A stretch of 64,000 nucleotides of DNA, taken from positions 1,824,001 to 1,888,000 of the forward strand of contig CAXXMB010000002.1 of the NCBI GenBank assembly GCA_963668675.2, written 5' to 3'. Of the stretch, positions 29,003-39,348 are shown in pieces. This DNA comes from an uncultured Desulfatitalea sp. (GTDB taxonomy: Bacteria; Desulfobacterota; Desulfobacteria; Desulfobacterales; Desulfosarcinaceae). Positions within the stretch are counted from its first letter, which is position 1. The number at the start of each line of letters is the position of its first letter. Position numbers and translations under genes: made by a program. Under the pieces are notes generated by a model. The model ran no database searches, was not told the origin of the DNA, and saw only the letters and a list, made by a program, of their open reading frames with translations.

Positions 29003-30853
29003 ATGAAACGACTTATCACACTTCTGTTCATTCTGGGACTGCCCACCCTGGCCTTTGCCGCCGAAGGGCATGGCGCTGCCGCAATCGACATGACCGGCAC
29101 CGTTTATGGATATTTGGGGGTGATTCTGTTCGTGGCCGCCTATGTACTGGTGCCGCTGGAAAACACGATTCACCTGCGCAAAAGCAAACCGGTCCTGTTT
29201 GCCGCCGGCATCATCTGGGTGTTGCTGGCCATCGCGTACATTCAGCATGGCGACACCCACAGTGCCCACGAAGCGATCAAAAACAATCTGCTCGAGTACG
29301 CCGAACTGTTTCTCTTTCTGCTGGCGGCCATGACCTACATCAACTCCATGGAGGAGCGCAATGTGTTCCAGGCCCTGCGTGCCTGGCTGGTCAGCCGCGG
29401 CTTTTCACTGCGTTCCATCTTCTGGATCACCGGCCTGCTGGCCTTTTTCATTTCACCGGTGGCCGACAACCTGACCACGGCCCTGCTCATGGGCGCAGTG
29501 GTGATGGCTGTGGCCGGCAGCAACGTCAAGTTCGTCGCACTGGCCTGCATCAACGTGGTGGTGGCGGCCAATGCCGGCGGTGCCTTCTCACCATTCGGCG
29601 ACATCACCACCTTGATGGTGTGGCAAAAGGGCATGGTGGACTTTCACGAGTTTTTTGACATCTTTGTGCCATCGGTAGTGAACTGGCTGGTGCCGGCTGT
29701 CATCATGAGCCTGGCCGTGGGCAAAGAGCCACCCCAGCAGCTGCGGGAAAACGTCAAAGTCAAGTTCGGCGGTTACATCATTATCGGCCTCTTTTTATTG
29801 ACCATCGCCACGGCGGTATCGTTTCACAACTTTCTGCACTTGCCCCCGGCCGCCGGCATGATGCTGGGCATGGCCTATCTGGGCGCTTTTGCCTACTATG
29901 TTAAGCGTTACGAGGGGCGCAGCGAGTCCTATGACGGCATTCTGGGCGCCCATGCCGACCTCTCCTACCAACCCCTGATGCGCCTGGTTGAGCGCAAGGT
30001 AAAGCTATCCAAAATGATCGAACGGATCACCGATCCGGTCTTTGCGATCGATGCCGGTCATAAGGTGACCCACTGGAACAAAGCCTGCGAGGAGCTCACC
30101 GGCATTGCGGCCAAGGATATCATCGGCACCAAAAACCAGTGGAAACCGTTCTATCAACAAAAACGGCCGGTCTTGGCCGACCTGATCATCGAATACCAGC
30201 CCGAACCGGTGATCGAGGAGCACTACAGACAGAGGTACCGCAAAAATCCCCATGTAGATGAATCTTACGATGCCAGCGGCTTCTATCCCAACATGGGAGA
30301 ATCAGGCAAATGGCTCACCTTCTCGGCCATGCCGCTGAAAGACATGGACGGACGAGTGATCGGCGCCGTTGAGGTGGTACAAGAGTTTACCGAACAGAAA
30401 CAAGCCGTGGCCCGCTTCGACATCATGAAGCGCATCTCCCAGGCCGAATGGGACACCCTGCTCTTCTTCTACGGGGTGATCCTCTGCGTGGGCGGTCTGG
30501 CCCAGTTCGGCTACCTGGCGGCCATCTCCCAGCTCATGTACCATGACCTGGGAGCCACCATGGCCAACGCCATGGTCGGCGTGCTGTCGGCAATCGTGGA
30601 CAACATTCCGGTGATGTTCGCCGTGCTGACCATGGCCCCGGAGATGTCCCACGGGCAGTGGCTTTTGGTGACGCTTACCGCCGGTGTGGGCGGCAGTCTG
30701 CTCTCTATCGGGTCGGCCGCCGGCGTGGCACTGATGGGAACGGCCAGAGGCAAATACACCTTCGGCGCGCACCTGAAATGGACCCCTGTCATCGCCCTCG
30801 GCTATGTGCTCAGCATCTTATGCCACTTGTGGATCAATGCCAAATTGATGTAG
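29003..30853 (+). CDS. nhaD: NhaD-type Na+/H+ antiporter with an internal PAS domain
   Basis: LRKSKPV, SPVADNLTTAL, AGGAFSPFGDITT, SAIVDNIP and GGSLLSIGSAAG motifs. A PAS-like insert lies at about 30004-30400. Confidence 0.9.
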   Translation: MKRLITLLFILGLPTLAFAAEGHGAAAIDMTGTVYGYLGVILFVAAYVLVPLENTIHLRKSKPVLFAAGIIWVLLAIAYIQHGDTHSAHEAIKNNLLEYAELFLFLLAAMTYINSMEERNVFQALRAWLVSRGFSLRSIFWITGLLAFFISPVADNLTTALLMGAVVMAVAGSNVKFVALACINVVVAANAGGAFSPFGDITTLMVWQKGMVDFHEFFDIFVPSVVNWLVPAVIMSLAVGKEPPQQLRENVKVKFGGYIIIGLFLLTIATAVSFHNFLHLPPAAGMMLGMAYLGAFAYYVKRYEGRSESYDGILGAHADLSYQPLMRLVERKVKLSKMIERITDPVFAIDAGHKVTHWNKACEELTGIAAKDIIGTKNQWKPFYQQKRPVLADLIIEYQPEPVIEEHYRQRYRKNPHVDESYDASGFYPNMGESGKWLTFSAMPLKDMDGRVIGAVEVVQEFTEQKQAVARFDIMKRISQAEWDTLLFFYGVILCVGGLAQFGYLAAISQLMYHDLGATMANAMVGVLSAIVDNIPVMFAVLTMAPEMSHGQWLLVTLTAGVGGSLLSIGSAAGVALMGTARGKYTFGAHLKWTPVIALGYVLSILCHLWINAKLM

Positions 30854-30922
30854 GGTTCGCAATCAGACCGGTGCCGTGCAACACGGCAACCGGTTGCAGC
30901 TATCACGATATAGATCGGGCAG

Positions 30923-31204
30923 ATGGAGATTATTGCGCTAAAGGCCCACACCAGGGGGTATCACGGATGTGTTGTCGAGGAGGAAGGGTATCTCTTCTTT
31001 CAACTGACCCGCAAAGGTACCCTCCGGCGGCTCAAGGCCTATCCCAGGGAGGATTTCAGCGACCACGAACAGTTTCAGTTCATGATGATGAAATACATGA
31101 CCCCTTCGGCCTTCCTCAATCCGCCCGAGCCCATCACAGCCCTGACCATGGAGGAGCTGGACCGGGTGTACCAGATTATCAGGAGAAGGGCGCTGGAGAT
31201 TTAA
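30923..31204 (+). CDS. hypothetical protein
   Basis: 93-aa ORF filling the gap between nhaD and the YkgJ-family gene. Confidence 0.6.
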   Translation: MEIIALKAHTRGYHGCVVEEEGYLFFQLTRKGTLRRLKAYPREDFSDHEQFQFMMMKYMTPSAFLNPPEPITALTMEELDRVYQIIRRRALEI

Positions 31205-31251
31205 ATAATGGTGAAGTTTTAAACGTTTTAGAAGGAAACAGGAAGACAATC

Positions 31252-32052
31252 ATGACAACCAACGACGCAACCGATCCGCGCATCAATCCCACCCGGCTGG
31301 GGTTGAAAAGCCGTTTCAAATTCAAATGCCACCCCGGCGTATCGTGCTTTACCCAGTGCTGTCGGGGCATCAACATCATCCTGACCCCCTACGACATCAT
31401 TCGTCTGAAGCAGCGGCTGGATCTGCCTTCGGACCAGTTCCTGGCCGTCTATACCGAGCCCCATCTGCTGGAAAAGACCGACATGCCCATGGTGACCCTC
31501 AAGCATCTGGACGATGAACACGAGTCGTGCCCCTTTGTGCGCGATGACGGCTGCATCCTTTACGAAGACCGCCCCACCGCCTGCCGATACTACCCACTGG
31601 GTGTGGCCAGCCTGCAACACAAAGAGGGGGCCGACGACGACGGCTTCTTTTTCTTCATCAACGAGCCGCACTGCAAAGGGTTCGAGGAGGATTGCGACTG
31701 GACCGTGGCCGAGTGGCGTAAAGACCAGGCCGTGGACGAACGCGATGAGGTCAACGCCGAATGGACCGATCTGATGGTGCGCAAGCGCTCCTTCCCCCCC
31801 AACATCAAGCTGACCGACCAGGCCAAACAGATGTTTTTCATGATCAGCTACAACCTGGACAAATTCCGTGAATTCGTCTTCGAGAGCAGCTTCCTGAAGC
31901 GCACGCCGGTGGATGCCGAAACCCGGGAGCAGCTTAAAACCGACGACGTGGCCCTGCTCAAATTCGGCGTCAACTGGTTGAAGAACCTGCTGTTCAAGCA
32001 GAGCGATCCCCACGATCAGGCCGATGCGGCTTTTGAAAAAAGCCAGGAGTAG
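31252..32052 (+). CDS. YkgJ-family cysteine-cluster (CxxCxxCC) protein
   Basis: FKCHPGVSCFTQCC, CPFV...GCILYEDRPTACRYYP and EPHCKG motifs. The true start is at MTTND, not 30658. Confidence 0.88.
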   Translation: MTTNDATDPRINPTRLGLKSRFKFKCHPGVSCFTQCCRGINIILTPYDIIRLKQRLDLPSDQFLAVYTEPHLLEKTDMPMVTLKHLDDEHESCPFVRDDGCILYEDRPTACRYYPLGVASLQHKEGADDDGFFFFINEPHCKGFEEDCDWTVAEWRKDQAVDERDEVNAEWTDLMVRKRSFPPNIKLTDQAKQMFFMISYNLDKFREFVFESSFLKRTPVDAETREQLKTDDVALLKFGVNWLKNLLFKQSDPHDQADAAFEKSQE

Positions 32053-32054
32053 AA

Positions 32055-32750
32055 TCAGCCGGAGCCGCCCAACTTGCGCCGCAAATCGGCGATATGCCTG
32101 GCGGGATAGACCTGGGTCGGGCAGACCCGGCTGCAGTTCAGGGCGCGTTCGCACAGACGCTCGCCCCGGTCACTGCCGGCGGTGTTGAGCAGTGCTTCTC
32201 GCCGGTCGGCGGACGCCTTGGCCATCTCATTGTTCAAAGCGGCCAGGGCAGCCGGTCCCATGAAATCGGCATGGCGGTGGGCGGCCGGGCAAGACGAGAC
32301 GCAGCATCCGCACTCGATGCAATCCTCCAACCGCAGGGGCGGGTTGTCTTCCCGATGGGCCACGCCTTCCATCGGCTCGGACGGTCTGAGCAGCGACCAC
32401 TCGGAGTCGATATCCCTATAAAAACCGGACATCTCCACGGTCAGATCACCCAGACGTTCGAACCCGCGCAAGGGCTCGAGGACTACGGTATCGCTCGCCA
32501 GATCGAGTACCCTGGTCGTACAGGCCATGCGCTCGCTGCCGTTGATGCGCAAGGCACAGGTCCCGCATGCGCTGTGGTGACAGGAGTGACGATACATCAA
32601 TGTCTCGTCCAGGGTAAGACGGATCTGCTCAAGGGCATCCAGTACACTCGTGGTTGCATCGACCTGCAGATGAAACGATTGAAATCGGGGTGGATCGATC
32701 GCGCCGGGCTTGAAGCGTTCGATCCTGAACGTAATCGTCTGTTTCGGCAT
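32055..32750 (-). CDS. SdhB/FrdB-like iron-sulfur protein ([2Fe-2S] plus two further Fe-S motifs)
   Basis: YRHSCHHSACGTC..C, CIECGCCVSSCP and CERALNCSRVCP motifs. Confidence 0.88.
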   Translation of the reverse strand: MPKQTITFRIERFKPGAIDPPRFQSFHLQVDATTSVLDALEQIRLTLDETLMYRHSCHHSACGTCALRINGSERMACTTRVLDLASDTVVLEPLRGFERLGDLTVEMSGFYRDIDSEWSLLRPSEPMEGVAHREDNPPLRLEDCIECGCCVSSCPAAHRHADFMGPAALAALNNEMAKASADRREALLNTAGSDRGERLCERALNCSRVCPTQVYPARHIADLRRKLGGSG

Positions 32751-32781
32751 GCTCAATCTTCCTTTGCGTCCCGGCAAGAAA

Positions 32782-33954
32782 TCATTCACGCCAATAGCTC
32801 CGATAAGGCAGCAGCACCGTCTCCCGGGTCCGGCAGGGTATCTCGCGTCCGAGTTTGCGGCAGATCAGATCGGCGGTCAGCTCGGCCATGGCCCGCATGG
32901 TGGTGGCCTTTCCGCCGATGAGGGTGACCAGCCCCTCCACCCCATCCCGCTCGGCATGGTCAAAGCAGTCGAAGGTGCGGCTGATGCCGAACGGATCCTT
33001 ATTGGGGCCGGCAACCAGCAGGGGCCGGCTGGCACTCCAGATCGCATGGGGCTGCAGGCCGGCGACCGCTGGCACCAGCTTCGCACAAAGCCCAAAGAGT
33101 CTTGCCACATGCTCTTCCGGCACCATCACCCGATCCGGGTCGTCGGCCAGCCAGGCCGTTGTGCCCAGAACGCTTAACCGGCGCTGAGGGACGATGATAT
33201 CGCCCTCTCCGGCCGGGTGCAAACGGTTGATCACCGCCTGGGTCAAGCGGCCACGCACCGATACCATCACGCCGGGCCCCGGTTGGATGGGCACCTCGAC
33301 CCCGGCCATGGCGGTGATGCGCCCGGCCCAGGGCCCAGCAGCGTTGACCACGAGGTCGGCAGCGATGGCTTCGCGCGCACCGGTGCGGTGGTCGATGACA
33401 CGCACTCCGCCGACCGTTCTGCCCGTCATCACCAGATCCGTAGCCTGGCAGAACGTGCGGATCGCAGCCCCGTTGGCCTTGGCCGTGGCAAAGAAGGGCA
33501 TGGCCAGCCGCCATGCATCGACGGCTGCGTCTGGCACCGACACAGCCGCGTTGAGTGATGGATTCAAGGCCGGCTCCCTGGCCAGCGCCTGGGCAGGCGT
33601 CAAGACCTGGGTCGGAATACCCGCATCCCGGCAGCCCACCATAAATTGGTTTTGGTGGGAGAGATCTTCATCGTCCAGGGCAACGAACAGCCCTCCGTTG
33701 GGTTCGATGGCCTGGGGCGCAATGCGTTTCAGGATGAGGTTCTCCTGGTAACATTCGCGGGCCGTCTCCACGTCGTTGAACGCATAGCGGCCGCCGCTGT
33801 GCAGTAGGCCGTGGTGCCGGCCGGTGGTGCCGGAGAGCAGCTCGCCCTTCTCCACCAGGGTGACCCGGAAACCACGCAGGGTGAGATCGTGGGCCAGCGC
33901 TCCGCCGACACCGCCACCGATGATGAGAATGTGTTCCAGATGGGTCTTGGTCAT
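32782..33954 (-). CDS. second GlpA-like FAD-dependent oxidoreductase (short form, no C-terminal Fe-S domain)
   Basis: IIGGGVGG, GTTGRHHGLLHSGGRY, NAAGPWA and GGKATTMRAMAE motifs. Confidence 0.88.
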   Translation of the reverse strand: MTKTHLEHILIIGGGVGGALAHDLTLRGFRVTLVEKGELLSGTTGRHHGLLHSGGRYAFNDVETARECYQENLILKRIAPQAIEPNGGLFVALDDEDLSHQNQFMVGCRDAGIPTQVLTPAQALAREPALNPSLNAAVSVPDAAVDAWRLAMPFFATAKANGAAIRTFCQATDLVMTGRTVGGVRVIDHRTGAREAIAADLVVNAAGPWAGRITAMAGVEVPIQPGPGVMVSVRGRLTQAVINRLHPAGEGDIIVPQRRLSVLGTTAWLADDPDRVMVPEEHVARLFGLCAKLVPAVAGLQPHAIWSASRPLLVAGPNKDPFGISRTFDCFDHAERDGVEGLVTLIGGKATTMRAMAELTADLICRKLGREIPCRTRETVLLPYRSYWRE

Positions 33955-33981
33955 AGGGCCGCCTCTACGGCGATTGGCGTA

Positions 33982-35133
33982 TCACAACGCCTTTTCGATA
34001 ATAGCGGTGAGCGCTTCATCCGACAATCGCGCCGGATTGCCCTTCATGCTGCTGGCGGCTTTGGCCTTGACGACAAGCTCGGGAACCGCCTCGGCCGTCA
34101 GCCCCCAATGAGATAAGTTGGGGATGGAGAGTTGCTCGACCAACCGGTGCAGCCAGGCAACCAGATCGACAGTCGTGGCTTGTGCAGAGACCAGCAATCG
34201 GGCCACTTCAGCGTGTCTTGCCAAGGCGTCGCCTTGGGGTGCTTCCCTTTTCAGTGCAGCGACATTGGCTTCGACTACAAACGGCAGCAGTCGGGCACAC
34301 AAAGCGCCGTGGGGACCGGGAATCATACCCCCCAAAGGACCGGCGATGCCGTGGACGGCACCCAGACCGGCATTGGCCAGAGCGATACCGCTGAACAGGC
34401 TGGCCAGGGCCATATCGGTGCGGGCACCCAGCTCCTCACCGTGGGCAACCGCCCGGGTCAGGGCCTTGGCCGCGCGACCCAGCCCCTCCCGGCACAAACC
34501 GTCGGTGAGGGGATTGGCCTTGCCCGATACGAACGCCTCCAGCAGTTGCGTCAACGCGTCGCAGCCGGTGGCCGCTGTGATGTCGGGAGGCAGCGACAGG
34601 GTCAGCTCCGGATCCACCACCGCCATATCAGGGAGCATCCCGGAGCTGCGCAGGCTCACCTTGACGTTGTGCTTGACGCTTTTGAGCACGGCGTTGCGGG
34701 TCACCTCACTCCCGGTGCCGGCCGTGGTGGGAATGGCGATGCAGGGCAGTGGTTCACGCTCCAGGGGTCGCCCCTCGCCAATCACCTCCAGGTAACGCTC
34801 GACCGGATCGCTATTGGTGACCAGGGCGGCGATGGCTTTGGCCGCATCCAGGGCGCTGCCGCCGCCGAACCCGATCACCAGGTCGCACTGTTGCTCCCGC
34901 GCCAGCTCGGCCCCAGCAACCACCTGCTCGATCTCCGGTTCACCCGACACACTAAACGAGCGCCAACTGATGCCCTGCCGGTTCAACGCTTTCCCCAGAT
35001 GCTCTGCCCGCTCCGGTTTTCGACCGGTCACCAGCAGTGCGTATCGGCCCAGACGAACTGCCGATGGAGCGACTTCGGACAGCTTTCCGGCTCCGAAAAT
35101 GATTTGGCCCGCCGTGGCAAATGAAAATGACAT
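33982..35133 (-). CDS. iron-containing alcohol dehydrogenase
   Basis: GFGGGSALDAAKA, IPTTAGTGSEVT and GLGAVHG..HG motifs. Confidence 0.92.
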   Translation of the reverse strand: MSFSFATAGQIIFGAGKLSEVAPSAVRLGRYALLVTGRKPERAEHLGKALNRQGISWRSFSVSGEPEIEQVVAGAELAREQQCDLVIGFGGGSALDAAKAIAALVTNSDPVERYLEVIGEGRPLEREPLPCIAIPTTAGTGSEVTRNAVLKSVKHNVKVSLRSSGMLPDMAVVDPELTLSLPPDITAATGCDALTQLLEAFVSGKANPLTDGLCREGLGRAAKALTRAVAHGEELGARTDMALASLFSGIALANAGLGAVHGIAGPLGGMIPGPHGALCARLLPFVVEANVAALKREAPQGDALARHAEVARLLVSAQATTVDLVAWLHRLVEQLSIPNLSHWGLTAEAVPELVVKAKAASSMKGNPARLSDEALTAIIEKAL

Positions 35134-35135
35134 GG

Positions 35136-36647
35136 CTAATCGATCCAGTTCAAGGTGCGTTCGATGGCCTTCTTCCAGCCGGAGACCCCCTTGGATCTCT
35201 CCCCGGCGGCCATCTGCGGCTGCCAGGTCTTGTCCACGGCCCAATTGCGTTTAAGCTCATCGAATCCGCCGACCAGACCGATGGCCAGGGCGGCGGCCGA
35301 TGCGGCGCCCAGAGCGGTGGTCTCGGTGATCTGGGGGCGCACCACCGGCACGCCAAGGATGTCAGACTGAAACTGCATCAACAGCTCGTTGGCCACCATG
35401 CCGCCATCCACCCGCAGGCTGCTCAGGGCGACCCCCGAATCCTTCTGCATCGCTTCGACCACATCAAGGGCCTGGTAGGCCACCGCCTCCAACACAGCCC
35501 GGGCGATGTGGTTGCGATTGATGTAGCGGGTGAGACCGACCATCACCCCCCGGGCATCCGATCGCCAATAGGGAGCATAGAGGCCCGAAAAGGCCGGCAC
35601 GATGTACATGCCCCCATTGTCCGCCACCTCGCGCGCCATCGGCTCGATATCGGCGGCATGATCGATGAATTTCAGGTTGTCCCGCAGCCACTGCACCAGG
35701 GCGCCGGCAATGGCGATGGAGCCCTCCAGGCAGTAGACCGGCTTCTCGCCGCGCAACTGATAGCCGACCGTGGTGAGCATGCCGTGTTTGCTATGCACGG
35801 CCTCGGTACCGGTGTTGAGCAGCAGAAAACAACCAGTACCGTATGTATTTTTGGCTTCGCCGATGTCAAAGCAGGCTTGTCCGACCACGGCGGCCTGCTG
35901 GTCGCCCAAAGCACCGCACACCGGCACCTCGGCGCCCAGGGGACCGTCGGCGCGGGTGGTGCCCCAGGTGTCGGAATCGATCGAGGGGACAATCCTGGGC
36001 AGGATGGCCGCCGGAATGCCGATGGCCTTCAAGATGTCGGGGTCCCAGGCCAGGGTATTGAGATCCATGAGCAGCGTGCGGCTGGCATTGGAGACATCGG
36101 TGACATGGGCGCCGCCGTCGGGACCGCCGGTGAGCCACCAGATGATCCAGGACTCGATGGTGCCCACCATCGCTTCTCCCGATTCGGCCGCTTTACGGGC
36201 CTCTTCGACATGTTCGAGAATCCAGCGCATTTTGGGGCCGGCAAAATAGGTGGAGACAGGCAGGCCGGTCTTGGCCCGGAAACGGTCCTGACCTCCCTCC
36301 TGGGAGAGCCTTTTGCAAATCTCATCGGTGCGCATGCACTGCCAGACGATGGCATTCATAAAGGGGCGGCCGGTTCGCCGCTCCCACATGACGGTGGTCT
36401 CGCGCTGGTTGGTGATGCCGATAGCCTTGATCTCCTTGCCGGTCAAACCGGTGTTGGCCAGTGCACCGCGCATCACCAATTCGGTGTTGTGCCATATCTC
36501 CATGGGATCGTGCTCGACCCATCCGGGCTGCGGAAATATCTGCTCATGCTCTTTCTGGTCAAGCCCGACGATTCGACCGCGCTCATCAAAGATGATGAAA
36601 CGGTTGCTGGTCGTTCCCAAATCGAGTGCACCGATGTAAGCTCCCAT
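35136..36647 (-). CDS. glpK: glycerol kinase
   Basis: [33 protein letters not shown] and VDGG motifs. Confidence 0.96.
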   Translation of the reverse strand: MGAYIGALDLGTTSNRFIIFDERGRIVGLDQKEHEQIFPQPGWVEHDPMEIWHNTELVMRGALANTGLTGKEIKAIGITNQRETTVMWERRTGRPFMNAIVWQCMRTDEICKRLSQEGGQDRFRAKTGLPVSTYFAGPKMRWILEHVEEARKAAESGEAMVGTIESWIIWWLTGGPDGGAHVTDVSNASRTLLMDLNTLAWDPDILKAIGIPAAILPRIVPSIDSDTWGTTRADGPLGAEVPVCGALGDQQAAVVGQACFDIGEAKNTYGTGCFLLLNTGTEAVHSKHGMLTTVGYQLRGEKPVYCLEGSIAIAGALVQWLRDNLKFIDHAADIEPMAREVADNGGMYIVPAFSGLYAPYWRSDARGVMVGLTRYINRNHIARAVLEAVAYQALDVVEAMQKDSGVALSSLRVDGGMVANELLMQFQSDILGVPVVRPQITETTALGAASAAALAIGLVGGFDELKRNWAVDKTWQPQMAAGERSKGVSGWKKAIERTLNWID

Positions 36648-36754
36648 GGTCCCTCCTTCGATAAAATAGGTCACCGTTTGCCAATGTCGTGAGAACCCGG
36701 CACCAGATGAACGATTGGCGCATTGCGGCAGCCCATTTAAATAGAACGTTCATC

Positions 36755-37600
36755 TCAAATCTGAAAACCCCTTTTTTCCAATGCCTCGCAGGGCAGCCCC
36801 AATGCGGTACCAAGCAGCTGCGGAAACAGGATGGCTGGCAGGTCGCGACATGACGCATCCTCCGGGAGATGTTCCAAGCGTACCGAACCGAATTGCAGTT
36901 GACAATAGGTACAGGCCGTGACCAGCGCCCTGGCACCCGATTCACGGGCATCGTTCAGTTTCCGCTGCATGAGCGACAGGGCCAACGCGTTGTTTTTCTC
37001 CCAAAGTGGGTAACCGCAACACTCCAGCCGCATCGGCCAAGACACGGCGGTCGCCCCGGCAACCTCCACCAACGATTCAAAAATGGTGGGTGCCAAGGGA
37101 TTGTCGAAGTGGGTGACATCACCGGGTCGCAGGGCGTGACAGCCATAATGGACCGCCACCGGGTAGCCTTGCAGGGGGTGTTTCACCGCCGCCTTCAGAC
37201 GCTCGAGCCCCAGGTCCTCTTTCAATGCGGTTAGCAGATGCCGGACAACGACCCCGTCGGACCAGTACAGCCCCTCTTTGGCCAGCAACTCAACTACCTG
37301 TTCACGCAGGGAAGCGCTGCGTTTCAACCAGTACTTGACCTGCATGAAGTTACCATAGCAGCATTTACAGGGCGTAAGTAGAGGCAACCCCCTTTGAGCC
37401 GCTACAGCCAGCACACGGGCCCCGGAAAACATGGCGGCCGTGAGGTCCACATCCCTCACCGGGTAGCCGCAACAGTTCAGCTCAGCATCCTTCAGGTCAA
37501 CCCCCAGTGCGGCCATTAAGGATCGCGTTGCATGGTCGTACTCGGGCAAAAAGGGGGTTATTTTGCATCCGGGGAAGTAGAGATAGCGCAAAGCGGTCAT
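36755..37600 (-). CDS. HdrB-like CCG-domain protein
   Basis: YFPGC..NCCG..PCKCC and HYGCH..ECCG..ACTYC. The HYGCHALRP segment is HdrB-like. Confidence 0.9.
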   Translation of the reverse strand: MTALRYLYFPGCKITPFLPEYDHATRSLMAALGVDLKDAELNCCGYPVRDVDLTAAMFSGARVLAVAAQRGLPLLTPCKCCYGNFMQVKYWLKRSASLREQVVELLAKEGLYWSDGVVVRHLLTALKEDLGLERLKAAVKHPLQGYPVAVHYGCHALRPGDVTHFDNPLAPTIFESLVEVAGATAVSWPMRLECCGYPLWEKNNALALSLMQRKLNDARESGARALVTACTYCQLQFGSVRLEHLPEDASCRDLPAILFPQLLGTALGLPCEALEKRGFQI

Positions 37601-37604
37601 GGGT

Positions 37605-39335
37605 TCAGATCTCCCTCCGTCCTGCCTTCCGGGCAGGTTCGGCATCGATACCGGGCGATACTGGCTGGACTGCCGGCGAGAGCCTCCGACAGGCTTCGTT
37701 GCGCAACTCATAGATCACATCGGCGACACGAACACCCTGGGGACAATGCTCCTGACATTTATAACACGTCACGCAATCCCACACCATGCGACTGCCGATG
37801 GCCGCCTCTTTGAGCTGCAGGCGCATCAAATTCATTATCTGCTGGGGCGTCAGCTCAAGATCACGTCGAGGATCTTTTGCCACAGCTACCACCGGACACA
37901 CATTGGTGCAGGTGGTGCACTGGACGCAGGCCCAAAAAGAGGCCGCATCATCACTTAACCGAGACACCGGCTTATGGTCCTCGCCGACGCCAACCGACCT
38001 CTCCGTACACGTCGACAGAATCTGCATCCACTCGGCAGCACCATGCCGATGCATCCAGTCGTAGGGCGGCCCATACCCTTTTCGGACCAGATCAGCTCTG
38101 GAGGCATGCCAAAGATCCTGCAAATCGATTCCCGATGGGCACCATGACGTACAGCGACCACAAGCTGTACAGATAAAACTGCCTTCGGCCAGGAGAACCT
38201 GGCCGGCGATATCGCTGCCACCCGCCGCATGGCCGCCAACGCTGTATAGCTTTTCGGAAGGCAGAATATCGGGATTGGAGAGAACCTGAAACACCGGTCC
38301 AACAGCGCAGTGCTGACTGCACACACCGCAATGAGTGCAGGCGTCGATGCCCATGGCGCGCCGAGCAGGCCGGTTGATCGGCCGATCGCTGGCAGCATTT
38401 CCCAAAGCTCGGCTGATCAATCCGAGCGGAGTGGTGATCAAATGCAGGAGTTTGGAAAAGGGCAGCAGAGCCAAAGCCAGACAGGCCAAAATAGAGTGGA
38501 GGTACCACAGAAAATCCTCCAGGCATATTCCATCGATCCAGGCGGCAAACGGCTTGAGGGAGAGCGCCACCGGATAGGAGAGAAAGGCGTAATTCGGACG
38601 TGAATGGCAGGCGGCACAATAGGTTTGATGCAATTCAAGGCCCTCGCCCAATTGCACAGGGTCTTCCGCGGACGGCATCGGAACAAATGCCACGTCGAAA
38701 TGAGCTGCCCAATAAGCCTTCAACGGAGCGATCTCTTCCGGATCATCGCTGCCCATATAGTCAGTCACCATACTGCCGAACAGGTTCGGCGAGATAATCC
38801 AGACCGCTTCCAGGGCCGTGCCGCTGAGTATGATAGCAGCCAGCACAACCAACAGCCAGCGATCCGCGGCTCGTCTGGTGCAACGCAAGGTGCTGTCTGT
38901 CCGGCGTCGTATGAGGGCGCCGACCATCCCTACCAGGACCAGCAGACCGAAGAGATGGCGCAGCAGCATAAAAGGATTACGTGTGGAGGCGTACTCTGAA
39001 AAAAGGCGGGCTGTTATCTCATCGTCAAACACATGCATCAGAAGCAATAAAAGCATACCGTAGAAAAGGAACATGTGCATAAGCCAGCGCCCCGGGCTCT
39101 GCTTCAGGATATGCAGCTGAAGGATCACCTCCGTCAGCAAGCTGCATGTCACCGCCAAAAGCGCCCGCGGCCGCAGCAATGCCAGGGCCACTGCAGACAA
39201 CGCGCCTACAGCACGCTGGCGCAACGTAACACCTTCTGCCTCCGGCCCCACCCGCAAGCGCATCCAGCGGAAAATTCGGTAGCCGATCCCGGTCAGGCAA
39301 ACCAGCAGGGCACTATATGCCAAGTAGGTCATCAC
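37605..39335 (-). CDS. NarI/HdrE-like membrane cytochrome b with CxxCH insert, fused to two 2x[4Fe-4S] HdrC-like domains
   Basis: TM helices with His pairs (MHMF..MHVF; YLHS..LLHL), CAACH, and four CxxCxxCxxxC motifs. Confidence 0.85.
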   Translation of the reverse strand: MMTYLAYSALLVCLTGIGYRIFRWMRLRVGPEAEGVTLRQRAVGALSAVALALLRPRALLAVTCSLLTEVILQLHILKQSPGRWLMHMFLFYGMLLLLLMHVFDDEITARLFSEYASTRNPFMLLRHLFGLLVLVGMVGALIRRRTDSTLRCTRRAADRWLLVVLAAIILSGTALEAVWIISPNLFGSMVTDYMGSDDPEEIAPLKAYWAAHFDVAFVPMPSAEDPVQLGEGLELHQTYCAACHSRPNYAFLSYPVALSLKPFAAWIDGICLEDFLWYLHSILACLALALLPFSKLLHLITTPLGLISRALGNAASDRPINRPARRAMGIDACTHCGVCSQHCAVGPVFQVLSNPDILPSEKLYSVGGHAAGGSDIAGQVLLAEGSFICTACGRCTSWCPSGIDLQDLWHASRADLVRKGYGPPYDWMHRHGAAEWMQILSTCTERSVGVGEDHKPVSRLSDDAASFWACVQCTTCTNVCPVVAVAKDPRRDLELTPQQIMNLMRLQLKEAAIGSRMVWDCVTCYKCQEHCPQGVRVADVIYELRNEACRRLSPAVQPVSPGIDAEPARKAGRREI

Positions 39336-39348
39336 CGGCGCCTTCCCT

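Noticed and set aside
35121..36692. 523-aa plus-strand ORF and similar long antisense ORFs (19061-20371, 48515-49897, 22850-23938, 52782-53828, 60788-61762)
   Set aside because: Shadow frames opposite well-supported genes in GC-rich DNA, with no recognisable motifs.
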